Below are positions 13,308 through 26,100 of a stretch of DNA of 64,000 nucleotides, piece by piece (position 1 is the stretch's first letter; each line of letters starts with the position of its first letter). Below the pieces are notes generated by a model. The model did no database searches. It had not been told where the DNA came from and saw only the letters and a list, made by a program, of their open reading frames with translations. Both the position numbers and the translations under genes were made by a program. Origin of the DNA: Podarcis bocagei (Eukaryota); the NCBI GenBank assembly GCA_964188305.1, contig OZ076901.1; one strand, 5' to 3'.

Positions 13308-14299
13308 TTCTGTGGCACCTTAAAGCCCAACAGACATACTGTGGCATAAGCTTTTTTGTGTCCACTTGATCATTGGATGAAGTGGGTTTTAATCTACAAA
13401 GGCCTGTGCCATAATAAATCTGTTAGGCTTTCAAGATGCTACAAGGCTTGGTGATGCTGTTTTTAAACAAAGAGGGAGCTCCCCCCCCCCCACCGGCAGT
13501 GCCTTGCCTAAGGAAGCAAGTGCCCGCTGGCACTACACAGGCATTGGCACTGAATGCAGAACAGCCAAGGAGCAGAGAGCTCTTCCTCGCTGGGGACCTA
13601 GCACCAGCCAGCAAGGGCTGGCCCAAGAGGTCCCTTCCTGCAAGGGGGGCTGGGGGCTGGCAGGATGCTCAGGGCTTTCAGAGAGAGTGAAGTCCCTCTG
13701 GCTGGAGCTGGCTGCTCTTTCCACCCGGTGCCGAAATACCAAATGCTGCTGCTGCCACCCAGCTTGCTCTCCCCATGGAGGAATCCAACCAGCTCACACT
13801 TGTTCCAGCCCCAAGAGGGGAGCGGAGGCAGCAAGAGCTTTGTTGTGCATACACGAAACTGTCGCTAAGTGAAGAAAGAAAGAAAAAATCCAGGCAGGAG
13901 GGAAAAGGGGGAGAAACCACAGTTTGATTTCTGGTGGCCAGCCAGCTCACTGACTCAGCCAGTTTGGTTGCCTGCCATGCACAGTTAAAAACAAAACACT
14001 TTCTGCAGCCGGGAACCAGTGGGGGTAAGCAGTGGGGCTTCTTGGGGGGGGGCAGAGCAAGGAGTAGATCCTGCATCAGCCATGGGCAGGAGAACACTGC
14101 AGGGGGGCACTGAGTGCTAAACTGTGGCTTGCGGCATCCCTTCCCAGGGCCCTCCTAGTTTCCCTGAGCTGGCAAAAAGGAGACTATTTTCTATTAATGA
14201 CACTAGGAAAGGTTCCCTGGCTCCAGAGGGCTTTACACAGGACTGCTGCTGCTGCTGCTGGGGGCCAGGAGCTGCCTGTTTCATAGCAGGTACCCCCTG

Positions 14300-14470
14300 G
14301 TGGCACCGGCTGAATGGCAGAGCATCTACGCTGCATGCATAAGGGCCAGGTTCAATCCCCAGGTAGGGCTGGGGGAAACTCCTGCCTGAAACCCAGGGGG
14401 AGCAGCTGCCAGTCAGTGCAGCAAAGACAATGCCAAGCTAGGTGGACCGAGAGCTGGGACAGCTTCTTGG
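14300..14470 (+). mobile_element. Squam3-like tRNA-derived SINE
   Basis: GGCAGAGCATCT..GGTTCAATCCCC..GGTAGGGCTGGG..CTGCCAGTCAGTG..GCTAGGTGGACC; relatives at ~38430-38610 (-), ~43290-43450 (+) and ~56275-56445 (-). Confidence 0.7.
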
Positions 14471-15437
14471 GTTTCTCCAAAGCTTCCCCCACAGAGTTCT
14501 ATCCGGGACAGGTTATTTCGTTTGCGATGCACTAGCCCCTTAGAGCAAGAAATCCCGGTGATTAAGCAGTATATAAATAGCTCAAATAAAACAAACAAGC
14601 CCTCGGTTGCAGAATGTCAAGCCAGGATAAAATATGTGGCTCTTGCAGAGCAGCTTCAGCCCTGCAATGGGGAAGGACTGGCTGTGTGCCATGCAAATGT
14701 AACCCTGAGCAGAGCAGGACACACCAAAATGTGTGAGACCCCATACATGGGACAGCTCTCTACTAAGGGTAGTGGTGACTGCCTGCCTGCTCCACAGGAC
14801 TGTTGTGGCACTGCCCAGTGCCACCTCACCCCTAGCCCGGAGCCCATGCTGGAGCCCAGCAGAGGAAGGAGGAGCCCGAGGCAAGGAAGCCCGCTCTGGA
14901 GCAAGAAAATGGCTGCTTTGTGGCAGGCGTCTCTTGCAGGCTGGAGCCTGAAGGTCTGGGAGCAATTTCTGCCTCCCACGTGCTGGGCTGAGTTTGTACT
15001 GAGGGTCTAAGGTCAGTGCTTTTCCAAAGCACTCTGGGAAAGACGCCAACTGGAGCAAACTGCTAACACCCCCTCCTACCGCACTGAGCAAGCTGTGGCT
15101 TTCTTAACCCATTGCAGGAAGCAGCCAACAAGCTCTGCTCAGTCCCAGCAGGGACAGTTGGCCTTCCAGGGTGGAGGGAGGGGGGAGAGGGAGAGAATCC
15201 TGAAGACATGCAACAGAAGCAGCAGATGGCAGAGATGGGCAGCAGGCTGCAGATTCACCCACCTGCAGACAGTCGCCTACCAAAAAGCAAGCAGCACTCA
15301 AAACCTGCACTTTGGGGCACATCAGACCGTATCTAAAGCAGACTCCTTATTGGCCCAGACTCAAGCCTGGGCACATGCGGGTTTTCCATGGGTAGGATGC
15401 TTCAGCCCCCAGCAGCAGAGGGGGGGAGGGAGGGGGA

Positions 15438-15513
15438 GAAGGAAGGAAGGAAGGAAGGAAGGAAGGAAGGAAGGAAGGAAGGAAGGAAGGAAGGAAGGAA
15501 GGAAGGAAGGAAG
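15438..15513. repeat. (GAAG)n microsatellite
   Basis: Direct observation. Confidence 0.95.
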
Positions 15514-16209
15514 CAGGCAGCCCAATGAGAATAGAATATTGCTCCTCCCTCAGAAAATGTTGTGTGCATGCACACAGCATGCTTCCAGGGTTATTGGTCC
15601 ATCTCTGCACTTCTCCAACTTATATTCTCTTCCCTTCTCCGCCCCCCCCCAAAGTAGGATATCCCAGCTCTGACTGGAGCAGCGTGTAAGGTCACTTGAG
15701 GGCAGCATGGCGGGATGTTATCACGGTGGACAGCTGTACCACTTACTGAACTGCAACCAGCAACACATTCTCAAGGCAATCCAGAGTTCCCCTGACGTTG
15801 CTGATTGCATCAGCCCCCCTTCCAGCGGAGACGGAAGCAGAGAAAGATGAGACTTCAGTGGCAGGCCCAATCCTTTACATGCTGAGCAGCATTAGAGGCA
15901 GGAACACAAACATGGAAGCAGAAGCAGGCTGGTGTGGCAAAGGAGCCCCCCCCCCAACGCAGACAGGGCAAAAGAAATGCATGTGGGCTCCAGCAGAGGG
16001 CAAAGACAGCTCCCACAATATATGCAGGAAGTCTACCCTCCTGCACTTGTGATGATGCCTTCTGTCCCCATCATCAGTGCCCCACACAGCTGCGAAGCAA
16101 AGGCAGTGACAATTCCACACCCCACATGCCCAGGAGGTCCTTAGCCAAGTGCTCTCTAGTTCCCAGGGAACTCTAAGGCCCCAGGCTAAGGCAGCACACT
16201 GCCCACTAC

Positions 16210-16804
16210 CGTCAGAAGCCGGAGTCAGGTGAAGGTCAGCAATAAAAAAACACTGGTGTCAGTGAAGTTAACTCTTTATTCGAAGAAACCAAAACAGTGC
16301 AAGCCTACTGATCCCAGCAACTCTTCCCGGTAGGCCTTGCCCCAGTGAGACAGTTGCAAGGACTGAAGGTCCCCGCCTTTCTACAGATGCCTAAGTCCCC
16401 TCCCCTCCAGGATTTCCCCCAAACAACCAGAGACTGTGCCTGCACAGACTCTCCTCTGCCCTCTTCATCTCTCTGCATGTTCTGGGAGAGTGAGGAGAGC
16501 TGGTTGCAGCAGGAGGGGGAGATTCCCTGGATTCTCCAGCAGCCTACCTCATCTCTGTCTACTGGCCCCTGCCCTCCACTCCAGCCTCTGAATCAGGCCT
16601 GCTCTGTGTCCCAGCCTCTTCCTGCTTACTGAATCCTGTTACTGAATCCTGTTACCTCTTCAGCTTCCTCCTCCTTCCAGTCTTCTCCCTCTGACCACTC
16701 ATTGTCTTCCCACCACCAATGCCCTGGGTCTGAGCCTTCTTCCCCTCAGGGATTACCCAGCTGGTGCTTTCCACTACTTCTCTGCATCCAGCCAGTCCAT
16801 GACA
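16210..16804 (-). mobile_element. Solo LTR (Gypsy-like)
   Basis: On the minus strand it begins TGTCA and ends TGACG (decayed TGACA). Perfect 5-bp TSD ACTAC (16205-16209, 16805-16809); AATAAA near the 3' end (~16275-16280). Confidence 0.8.
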
Positions 16805-17795
16805 ACTACCTGCTCCACCTCCTGAAAATGCCACACTCCTTCCAGCCTGCCCCATATGCCACTAGGTAATGTTGGCCTGCTCCCCTTGCCCATCTCTCAT
16901 GGCATGCAACCAGCTTCCTTCTATCCAGAAAGTCATGTAAAGGCTTGCATCCTGTCCAGCCACCCCATGAAACACAGCAATTTTCAGTGAGAAGATGGAG
17001 AGCACTAATGCCAGGGGTGCCAGCAGGGTCAGGGCTCTCTGTTCAGAAGAATTAGCAGAAGGGGCCCCAAATGCAGTAGCAGGGCAGGCTAACCACATTG
17101 GCAGTAAGTGAAGTAATACACGTCATCATATAAAGCAGGGGAAGGGCAGTGTTTGAAATTAGCCAGGCGCATTTTGCACCTGGTTTTCGACCACTTGCAG
17201 CCAAGTGAAGATGCCTGGGCACCAGGATGACACCTTGAAATGCATACCTGGGGATCCCTGGATCTAAACTGTTTTCACACACTAATACCCCACCCTGTAG
17301 AATTCTATCAGTTATATTTTGTCTGCACCATCAGAATGAATTTCAGGAACCAAAATGCTTTTTCTATGCAGCTTGAGCAGGAGCAGTCAACACTGCAACA
17401 GGTCAATTATGTGTGGGCTGTCCTTGGATTAAGTGACTTTTCTTCTTTAAGTTCCCCAAGTTCTTAACTAGCTCAAATTGTCATCTGAACTAACCAAACA
17501 TTTAACTGAGAATCAAGCTGTCAGTCTATTGTTTGGAAAATAAGACATTAGAGCCATCTTGCCCCAAAATGGCAACTAGGCATTCCATTTTGGCAATTGT
17601 AACCTTGGTTTAAGGAGTCACTTGGCACCTACCGTAGCTTATATATCTGTTTCTAACCCTGGAGTCGGAAATGACTTACCGGTAACTGCACCACTGCCTA
17701 AGATGATCTCTTCCCAGGCAGGTAAGAACACAAGAAGAGCAACAGCCCGTCTAGTCCAGCATCCTGTTTTCACAGTGGCTAACCAGAAACTGGTA

Positions 17796-18038
17796 CAGTG
17801 GTACCTTGGTTCCCGAATGGCTTAGTTGTCAAGCAAGTCGACTACCGAACGCCAAAAACCCGGAAGTAAGTGTTCCAATTTGCCAATGTTTTTCGGAAGT
17901 CAAAAGTCCGACGCAACTTCCGCTTGAGTGCAGGAAGCTTCTGCAGCCAATTGGAAGCTGCACCTTGGTTTTCGAATGGTTTCGGGAGTCTTAACGGACT
18001 CCTGAAACGGATTAAGTTCGAGAACCAAGGTACCACTG
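17796..18038. mobile_element. Tc1/mariner MITE, related subfamily
   Basis: TA-CAGTGGTACCTTGGTT...AACCAAGGTACCACTG-TA. Confidence 0.8.
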
Positions 18039-18505
18039 TATTCAGAAGCACGCCATCTCTGACAGTAGAGGCAGAACATATCCATCAGGGTTAGGAACCG
18101 CTGATGAGCAGGGTGGAACCGCACTGCTGGCAAGGCTTTCTGACACCAACAGCACCTCCAGAGGGAGCACCCTGGGAAAGGCACAGATAACCTGCATTCA
18201 GGATGACCCAACCCAACCTGCTCTGCAGCCACAGAAAATTGGTAACAGCAGCAGGTACAGGTGGCTCAGAGCTGACAGCTGATTTCCAAAGCAGAGCAGG
18301 AGCCGGGAAGGAAAGGTAACTTGGTTCTCTTGCCCACTGTAGTCCACACAGCATGCCCCCTACCTGAAAGTAGGGTTCTTCCCGCTTCCCTCAACCAGGC
18401 AACAGAAGCCTCAGGCCCCAGCCCTAGCTGAGCAGGAATGGCACATCACAAAGTGCACTATGCAAGCCAGAGAATCACCTGGGACGGAATGGAGCATCCC
18501 AAGAG

Positions 18506-18507
<2 letters not shown>

Positions 18508-18551
<44 letters not shown>
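18508..18551. repeat. (GT)n microsatellite
   Basis: Direct observation. Confidence 0.95.
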
Positions 18552-18552
<1 letters not shown>

Positions 18553-19567
18553 CCTTTAAAGGGAGGTGTTGAAATGAAGGGCGGAAAACCTTGTGGGCAG
18601 ACCCTGAGGAAATCCCCCAGCCACAGAGCTGCGATCCAGAGAGGAGGGCTTCCAGTGGTCAGCGGGTGGAGCTCCAGCACTCCCTATCCTGCCCCACTGG
18701 GAGCAGCAGCCGCCTGCACCGCTGCCGCTGGTCCAGTTCTGCAAAATGTGTGCTCACATTTGCAGCAGTAGCTGCCTGCTGCCCGCCCGCCCCCAACCCT
18801 GTCCCTCACTGCTGGGCTCGCCTCAGCTGCCAAATCAAATTGCCTTCCCAAGCTGCATTCCTGACAGAAGGAAAGAGGCGAGACCCGAGAGGGGGGACTG
18901 GCGCGAGGCCTCCCTCCACCCAGGGCAGCGCACTTCCTCTGCCTGACGCTCATCCACGACGACTGGGAGCAGCTGATGCCGGAGAGAACCGCAGCCTCTG
19001 CAGGCAGCCAGGCATCTGCCCCTGCGCCTGCAGAACACACAAAGGGCAGGGGGAGAGGCCCGGAAGGCAGCGGGGTGGAGGGGGGGGCTTGGGAGCATTC
19101 CCACCCCTGGAAAGCAGAAGCGGCCAGACTGGCTTGGCCTGGCCAGTCCCACTTCCCTCCCCTCCGGCTTCTTTTCACAGAGGGAAAGCCTCCTGAGCTG
19201 ACAGAACAACACCCCCCTATGCTCCATTTTATGGCACAGGAGATGTGGGAGGCAGTCACTGCCCACCCACCCCCTTCCCCGGCCAGGCAGAAAAACAAGC
19301 CGAGCTACAAAGAGATCCCCTCCAAAGGGCACTTTGGGTGGGCCAGACCAGCCGGCCTCTGCCCAGCTGAAGCCTTGGCACTTCAGACCCTGCGCTGTCC
19401 TCTCTGCTTCTCCCATCACTCTTGAGAGAGCAGAGTGCCTCTGCCAGCGCATGGCATAACAGGACAGAGCCCGCCTACTGGGTTCAGGGACGCACCCAAC
19501 CCAAGAATAAAAAGTCACACACAGAGACACACAGGTGGAACCCCAAAGGTTGCCCAAGCTGCGGCTA

Positions 19568-19996
19568 GCCCAGGGCAAGTTCCTCATCATGGCACAATTC
19601 CGAGCACAATTCAAAGTGTTGGTGTTGACCTTTAAAGCCCTAAACGGCCTCAGCCCAGTATACCTGAAGGAGCGTCTCCACGCCCATCATTCTGCCTGGA
19701 TGCTGAGGTCCAGCGCCAAGGGCCTTCTGGTGGTTCCCTCATTGTGAGAAGCAAAGCTACAGGGAACCAGGCAGAAGGCCTTCTCGGTAGTGGCGCCCGC
19801 CCTGTGGAATGCCCTCCCAACAGATGTCAAAGAGATAAACAACTACCTGACATTCAGAAGACATCTGAAGGCAGCCCTGTTCAGGGAAGTTAATGTGTGA
19901 CATTTTAGTGTATTTTTTGTCTTTGTTGGAAGCCGCCCGAGTGGCTTGGGAAACCCAGCCAGATGGGCGGGGTACAAATAAATTATTATTATTTTT
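19568..19996 (+). mobile_element. L2-clade LINE 3' fragment
   Basis: [14 protein letters not shown] plus the 3' end GGAAGCCGCCC..GATGGGCGGGGTA and TTA tail. Confidence 0.85.
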
Positions 19997-21796
19997 ATTT
20001 TATTTCTTCCTTCTGCAAGTATCTCACCTTTCTCTTATCATGGAACCCAGGGTGGCAGCACACCTGTGGCTCCCAGGTTGCCGCTGCAAGCAGCACCAAG
20101 CAGCTGAGCAGAGCCACTGTGATTCACAAACACAACACATGCCAAATCCACCCCCTTCTCAATCTCCTCCATGCAGGTTGCAGTTTGGCTCATTCACTCA
20201 AGTCCTCTGCATCCTTTTTGCCCAGCTGCCTGTTCCATTCCCTGCTGTGCTCTGGCCTGGAATGCTGCTTTGAACTGCAGGAGGGGAGAAAGTGGTGGCT
20301 CATGGGTGGGCTTCTACAGCTATGTGCTAGAGCATTCAAGGAGCTGCCTCCCCCAGACCCCCTCGCCACAACTCCACCCGCCCATAATCTGCCTCCTGAC
20401 CCACACCCAGTGGGAGAGGATGGTACTCCCTTTCAGAAACTCTCCCCCTAGCAATCAGAAGACCTTGGCCCTAGGAGATACTACATATCAGTGAGCTGTG
20501 CAAATACACCTAAAGTCTCTCACCAAATCCTCAATCTCAGCCCATGCTAGGCACACCTCAGAAACTCTGTCTGTCTTACAGAGGAGCAATTTATGAAGAA
20601 CTGGTGCCATACCAAAGGCATGCTGGAAGGAATGCGGGGAGGGAGGAGCCAGAGACCATAGAATCAGAATTGCAGAGTTGGAAGGGACCCTGAGGGTCAT
20701 CTAGTCCAACGCCTGCAATGCAGGGATCTCAACATGGAAAGATTGAGGACTAAATCATAACGGCTAACATAAACCTGTTAAGTACAATTCCTGCTGCTAC
20801 ACTAGCACTGGCAACATACCAGGAAGTGGGCTGAACCCAGTGCTATACAGAGGGGGAATCCACAAAAAAGGCATTAAGATCAATGTAGTCTCCACTCCCC
20901 ATCCCAGCAAGAAATGCTAGGTTGTTCTTGCCATCAATGGGCAGCCTGGTCACCTGTGCCTGTGTGACACAAAGAGGTGGCTAAGCAGAGGTCGGCTTTG
21001 CAGCCAGTATCCCAAGAAAGGAGAATTCAAAAAGCAGGCATGACATGCAAGGCTTAGAAATGCAGCTGCCAGTTTTAATCGATCAAACTGCTTTGATTAA
21101 CTGACGGAAGCCCCCGATTACCTGAATCAGCATGACTGGGGGGGGGGGAAGATTCCTCAACTCTTGGAGGAATTTAAAGCACCACCCACACAGCCTTCTT
21201 CCACCCTCGTCTGAACAAGTCCTCCCCTCCCCAGGCTCGTTTCTTATTTCAACAGAATGCTTGTCCCCCAACAAGGAGAGGAAATATAATTTCAATAGCT
21301 TTATAATGAGAAATAATTCTTTCAACATTAGTGGAGAAAGAAAGACTTATTGAGTTCCTAACTCTCTCCTATCTCCAAGTTTAAGCCATGCAAGCTGGCT
21401 TTCATCTGTGTTTGGAGCCTAGAGCTCTTGACAATAATCAACAGAGAAGCTCAGGCCTAAATAGTTCAGCAGCCAATAGCTCATCAAGATTGTTGACCAA
21501 GCCTTCCAGGGCATCTGCCTCAGAATGCAGAGGAACTGTGGACTCCAAGCAATCACCACAATTGCTGCATTGGTTTAAAAACAAAACCAAGAGCCATGCG
21601 CCAGTGCTTCAGCACCATCCAAAGAGAGAGGCATTTATTGGAGGTTCCACATCAATCAGTCCTGGAGTGGAGGAGAGCCCTGGAGGAATGTCTACTGTAT
21701 GTGCAAAGATGGGACGGATTCTGTTAACTATGTTTGGGATAAGCGCGTCTGCAATCAAAACAGCCTGAAACTGCAAAGCCAGGCTGAGGAGAATAA

Positions 21797-22681
21797 ATAG
21801 TAGTAGTAGTAGTAGTAGTAATAATAATAATATATTTGTATATTTATATTTATACCCCACCCATCTAGCTGGGTTTTCCCAGCCACTGAGGGCGGCTCTC
21901 AATCGAATATTAAAAACACAATACAGCATTAAACATTAAAAACCTCCCTAAACAGGGCTGCCTTCAGATGTCTTCTAAAAGTAGGATATTTCCTTATTTC
22001 CTTGACATCTGAGGGGAGGGCTTTCCACAGGGCAGGCGCCACTACCGAGAAGGCCCTCTGCCTGGTTCCCTGTAACCTCACTTCTCACAGTGAGGGAACT
22101 GCCAGAAGGCCCTCGGCGCTGGATCTCAGTGTCCGGGCTGAACGATGGGCGTGGAGACACTCCTTCAGGTATACAGGACCGAGGCCGTTTAGGGCTTTAA
22201 AGGTCAGCACCAACACTTTGAATAGTGCTTGGAAACGTACTGGGAGCCAATGTAGGTCTCTCAGGACCAGTGTTATATGGTCCCGGCAGCCACTCCCAGT
22301 CACCAGTCTAGCTGTCGCATTCTGGATTAATTGCAATTTCCAAGTCACCTTCAAAGGTAGCCCCCCATAGAGCACACTGCAGTAGTCCAAGTGGGAGATA
22401 ACTAGAGCATGCACCACTCTGGCGAGGCAGTCTGCAGGCAGATAGGGTCTCAGCCTGCGTACTAGATGGAGCTGGCAGACAACTGCCCTGGACACAGAAT
22501 TGACCTGCGCCTCCATGGACAGCTGTGAGTCCAAAATGACTCCCAGGCTGCACACCTGGTCCTTCAGGGGCACAGTTACCCCATTCAGGACCAGGGAGTC
22601 CTCCACACCAGCCCACCCCGTCCCCCCAAAACAGTACTTCTGTCTTGTCAGGATTCAACCTCAACCTGTTAGCCGCCATCC
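21797..22681 (-). mobile_element. L2-clade LINE 3' fragment
   Basis: RLNPDKTEVL, SHLDYCS and LHWLPVRF motifs; (TAT/TAC)n tail. Confidence 0.9.
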
Positions 22682-22930
22682 AGGAGCTCAAGACAATTAA
22701 GGGTCAAGTCAACCTGCCCCTATTATTTATTTCATAAAATTTATATACCACTTGATTGTAAACAACAACAAAACCCTTAAAGTGGCTTACGAAAAGGTGA
22801 AACAATAAAATCAAGGTGGGCCACAGGGGACACCAAACTATCAAGCTCCTCCGTATGATCCACCACAACAACACCCCACCCTCTTGTGGTTATTTGCTGT
22901 CTGCAGAGAGGTGTTAGAAACTCAGATATA

Positions 22931-23156
22931 CAGTGGTACCTCGGGTTAAGAACTTAATTCGTTCTGGAGGTCTGTTCTTAACCTGAAACTGTTCTTAACC
23001 TGAGGTAGCACTTTAGCTAATGGGGCCTCCCGCTGCCACTGCGCCGCCGCTACATGATCTCTGTTCTCATCCTGAAGCAAAGTTCTTAACCCGAGGTACT
23101 ATTTCTGGGTTAGCGGAGTCTGTAACCTGAAGCGTCTGTAACCCAAGGTACCACTG
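22931..23156. mobile_element. Tc1/mariner (Tigger-like) MITE
   Basis: TA-CAGTGGTACC...GGTACCACTG-TA; reverse-complement copy of 26-251. Confidence 0.85.
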
Positions 23157-26100
23157 TATAAGATAGGCACCAAATGGCTCCTTAAACCAGGGTTACAGTT
23201 GCCAAAATGGAATGCCTAGCTGCCATTTTGGGGCCAGGCGGCTCCTATGTCATATTTTTCAATACGACTTTTTGGTTCCTGAAATTCATCCCGATTGTGC
23301 AGATAAAATGCCAGATAGAATTCTACAGGATGTGCTGCTAGTGTGTGAAAAGAGTTGAGATCCAAGGATTCCCCAGGCATGCACGTCCAGATAATGGAGG
23401 TGTCAGGCACCATCCTGGCACCCAGGCTTGGTCGCAAGTAGCCGACAGCCCCATTCAAAATGTGCCTGGCACCTGTCAAATTTTGAACACTGCTGCAGAG
23501 GTTTGTGTGGCTGCTGGCCACCGTGCCTCCTTACAAATGCTGTACCTGCACATGTTCAAGTACATCCTTCTGGCAGCCAGGTAGCATGTGGGGGCAGCTG
23601 GGAGGGGCAGCCTGGTGTCTTCACAATGAAGGGGAGGAGAGCCACAACAAACTGAGATGACAGCCCCAAAGGCAGGTTCTGTTCTAGGCTGCCCAAGCCG
23701 GAGCAACCTCTTCAAAGCCCTGAAAGTTAGTGGCAACTGCTTCATTTAAGCACCAGCTAAGGGGCTGGTACCACCATGCTGCACTGAGGGCAACCCCCTC
23801 CCCTGCCCCGGAAGAAGCTGCTGAAGATTCAGAGGGGAGCATAACCAACTAACAGAGGATAGAAGCCAGTCCGAGATGGGGAAGGAGGCCGGCGACTTGA
23901 AATGGATGTGAAGCTGATAAGAGTGAAAACTTATGAAAGATCCGGGAAGAGTTGTGTGACTCATCCAAACATGAGCCTCCAACGCCCTGTGAAGGGTCCA
24001 AAGAGCGTCCCTAAACTCTGGGTTAGAGCATCGCACCCCTGCTCCATACTCCTTTAATCCAACATTGAATCATTGAATTGTAAAGTTGGAAGGGCCCCGT
24101 TGGGTCATCCAGTCCAACCCCCTGCAAGGCAAGAATATGTGACTGTCCCGTAAGGGAATCAAACCTGCAACCTTGGTGTTATCAGCACCCACTCTAACCA
24201 ACTGAAGGTTTAGCAGGGTCTCAGGTCGCTGGCTGACATCTAGAATGCTGCCCTCCCTTGACGGACACCCACCCACTCACCAGTTTCCATCACTTCTGTA
24301 GCCAGGATCCTATCCATAAAACCAGCACGGTCTTGCTCCTCATTAGAAGCGATTCTTGAGAACGGGGAGCGGCTGGGCTACATTAGCCCCCACCCTGGTC
24401 TCTCCCCTTTCAGCTGGGACCCCCTCATAAAAACAAGAGACAGCCGTTACTGGCATTTCCTCCCTTCAGAAAAAGGCTGTAAAATTTTCCAAGTGAAGCC
24501 AAAGATTGGGGGGGGGGGTTAGAAGAGAGAAGACGAGGAGGCTCAGCTCATTAGCAGCTGCATGGGGAGCCCCTGGAGCAGGGCAGGAATAGGAGGGAGG
24601 GACGCAGCCTCCTCCTCCTCCTCCTAATGCAAAACAGCTCAGTCCTGGGAGAGAAAATAAGAACCAGGCATAAAGCAAGAGGAGGAAGAAGAGGAGGGGG
24701 TAGTCCTTGGCTTCTCATCAAGCCCCCTCCCATTCCAGGAGCCCCCCTCCCTCCCCACCACCACCACCCTGGCCCTGTCGCAGACACATTGGCCAGCCTG
24801 AGATGAGCTGGCACCCGGTAGAGGAAATTCCAGCTCTGTTGCTTCTGGCAGCCAAGCTGGGCTTTGGCCACAGTCGCTTGGAAAGCCTCGACTCAGCACT
24901 TTTCTTGCCATGCAAAGAGCCGATTCCAAGCTGCACATCCCCCCCCCCCAAGAAACACATACACATACTCTTCACCGCTCCCACCCCCAGCAGAGACCTC
25001 CACAAGCAACGCTGATTTGCTGGGCATTGCACCAGGCCCCAGAGACTTTAGGTGGCAGCTCCTGTTTGGGCTGGTGGGAGCTCGGCTTGCCTGCCTGGCC
25101 CAGTGGATTCCTTTGCCAGGGAGGAGTTCAAACCAGGCCACAGTCAAGCAGGCAGGCAGGACACAAGCTGCTTTCAGCCCGCCGACCCACCGCTGCTGGC
25201 CACTGGTGCAGCGGTGGCAGTTCCAGCCAGGCTCAACTCGTCTTGCCCAACACCCAACAGCAACACCCTGAGGCCAAAGCCCAGCTGGCAAACGGTTCTT
25301 TCCCCCTCCTCCTCTTCCTCCTGGTTGTCTCAATAGGAGGCAGCCTGCTCTGGGTGAGGCCCAGCCACATTTGCGGGAGGAGCACTATCACAAGATGCCT
25401 GCAGAAATTTGGAATCCAGATGCAACAGAGGTAGCAATGGAATTCCATCAGTCCCCATACTCAATGGCTGGGAGGGCACATACGTCCTGTCTCGAAGGCT
25501 CAGTGGTACAGCATCTTAGTTTGTCCCATCCTAAAACCCTGGGGAACCCACTGCCAGCCACTACTGAGCTGGATGAACCAATGGGTCTGATTTAGTACAA
25601 GCCAGCTCTTTACATCCCTTCCTTCTCCACAAAGAGTTTTTACCCAGCCCTTTGGGCAAGGAGTATCCTGCTGGGACTGAGGATATCACCCTAGTATCAT
25701 TCAACAGCTGAACCACCCCAGCAGAGTAAGGAACCCCTTTGCAGCCATTCCCTGGATCAAATTCTACCTGCTCCCCTCTTGAAGATCAACACAAGAACAA
25801 ACCTACCAATAAAGGTGGGGAGAAGGGAAAGAGGTGCACTAAAATTCTCCACGAGACAGCAAAGACAGAAACCCAGGAATCCATGAAGTGTCAAGGCAGA
25901 AGGGCCAGGGCAATTCTGAGCTGAAAGCAATGGAAACTGCTGCCTTCATTAGCTACTGCTGAAATCCAAAAATGCCAGCCCGGTTTTTAGCCCTCCAAGT
26001 CCCACTTCGGCTGCCTGCTTGGGCCTAAAGCAGAAGATCAAGAAGATGATCAGAAAAGGACAAAAAGCAACCACGTTTCAACCTCTTACTCCCATGCTCC

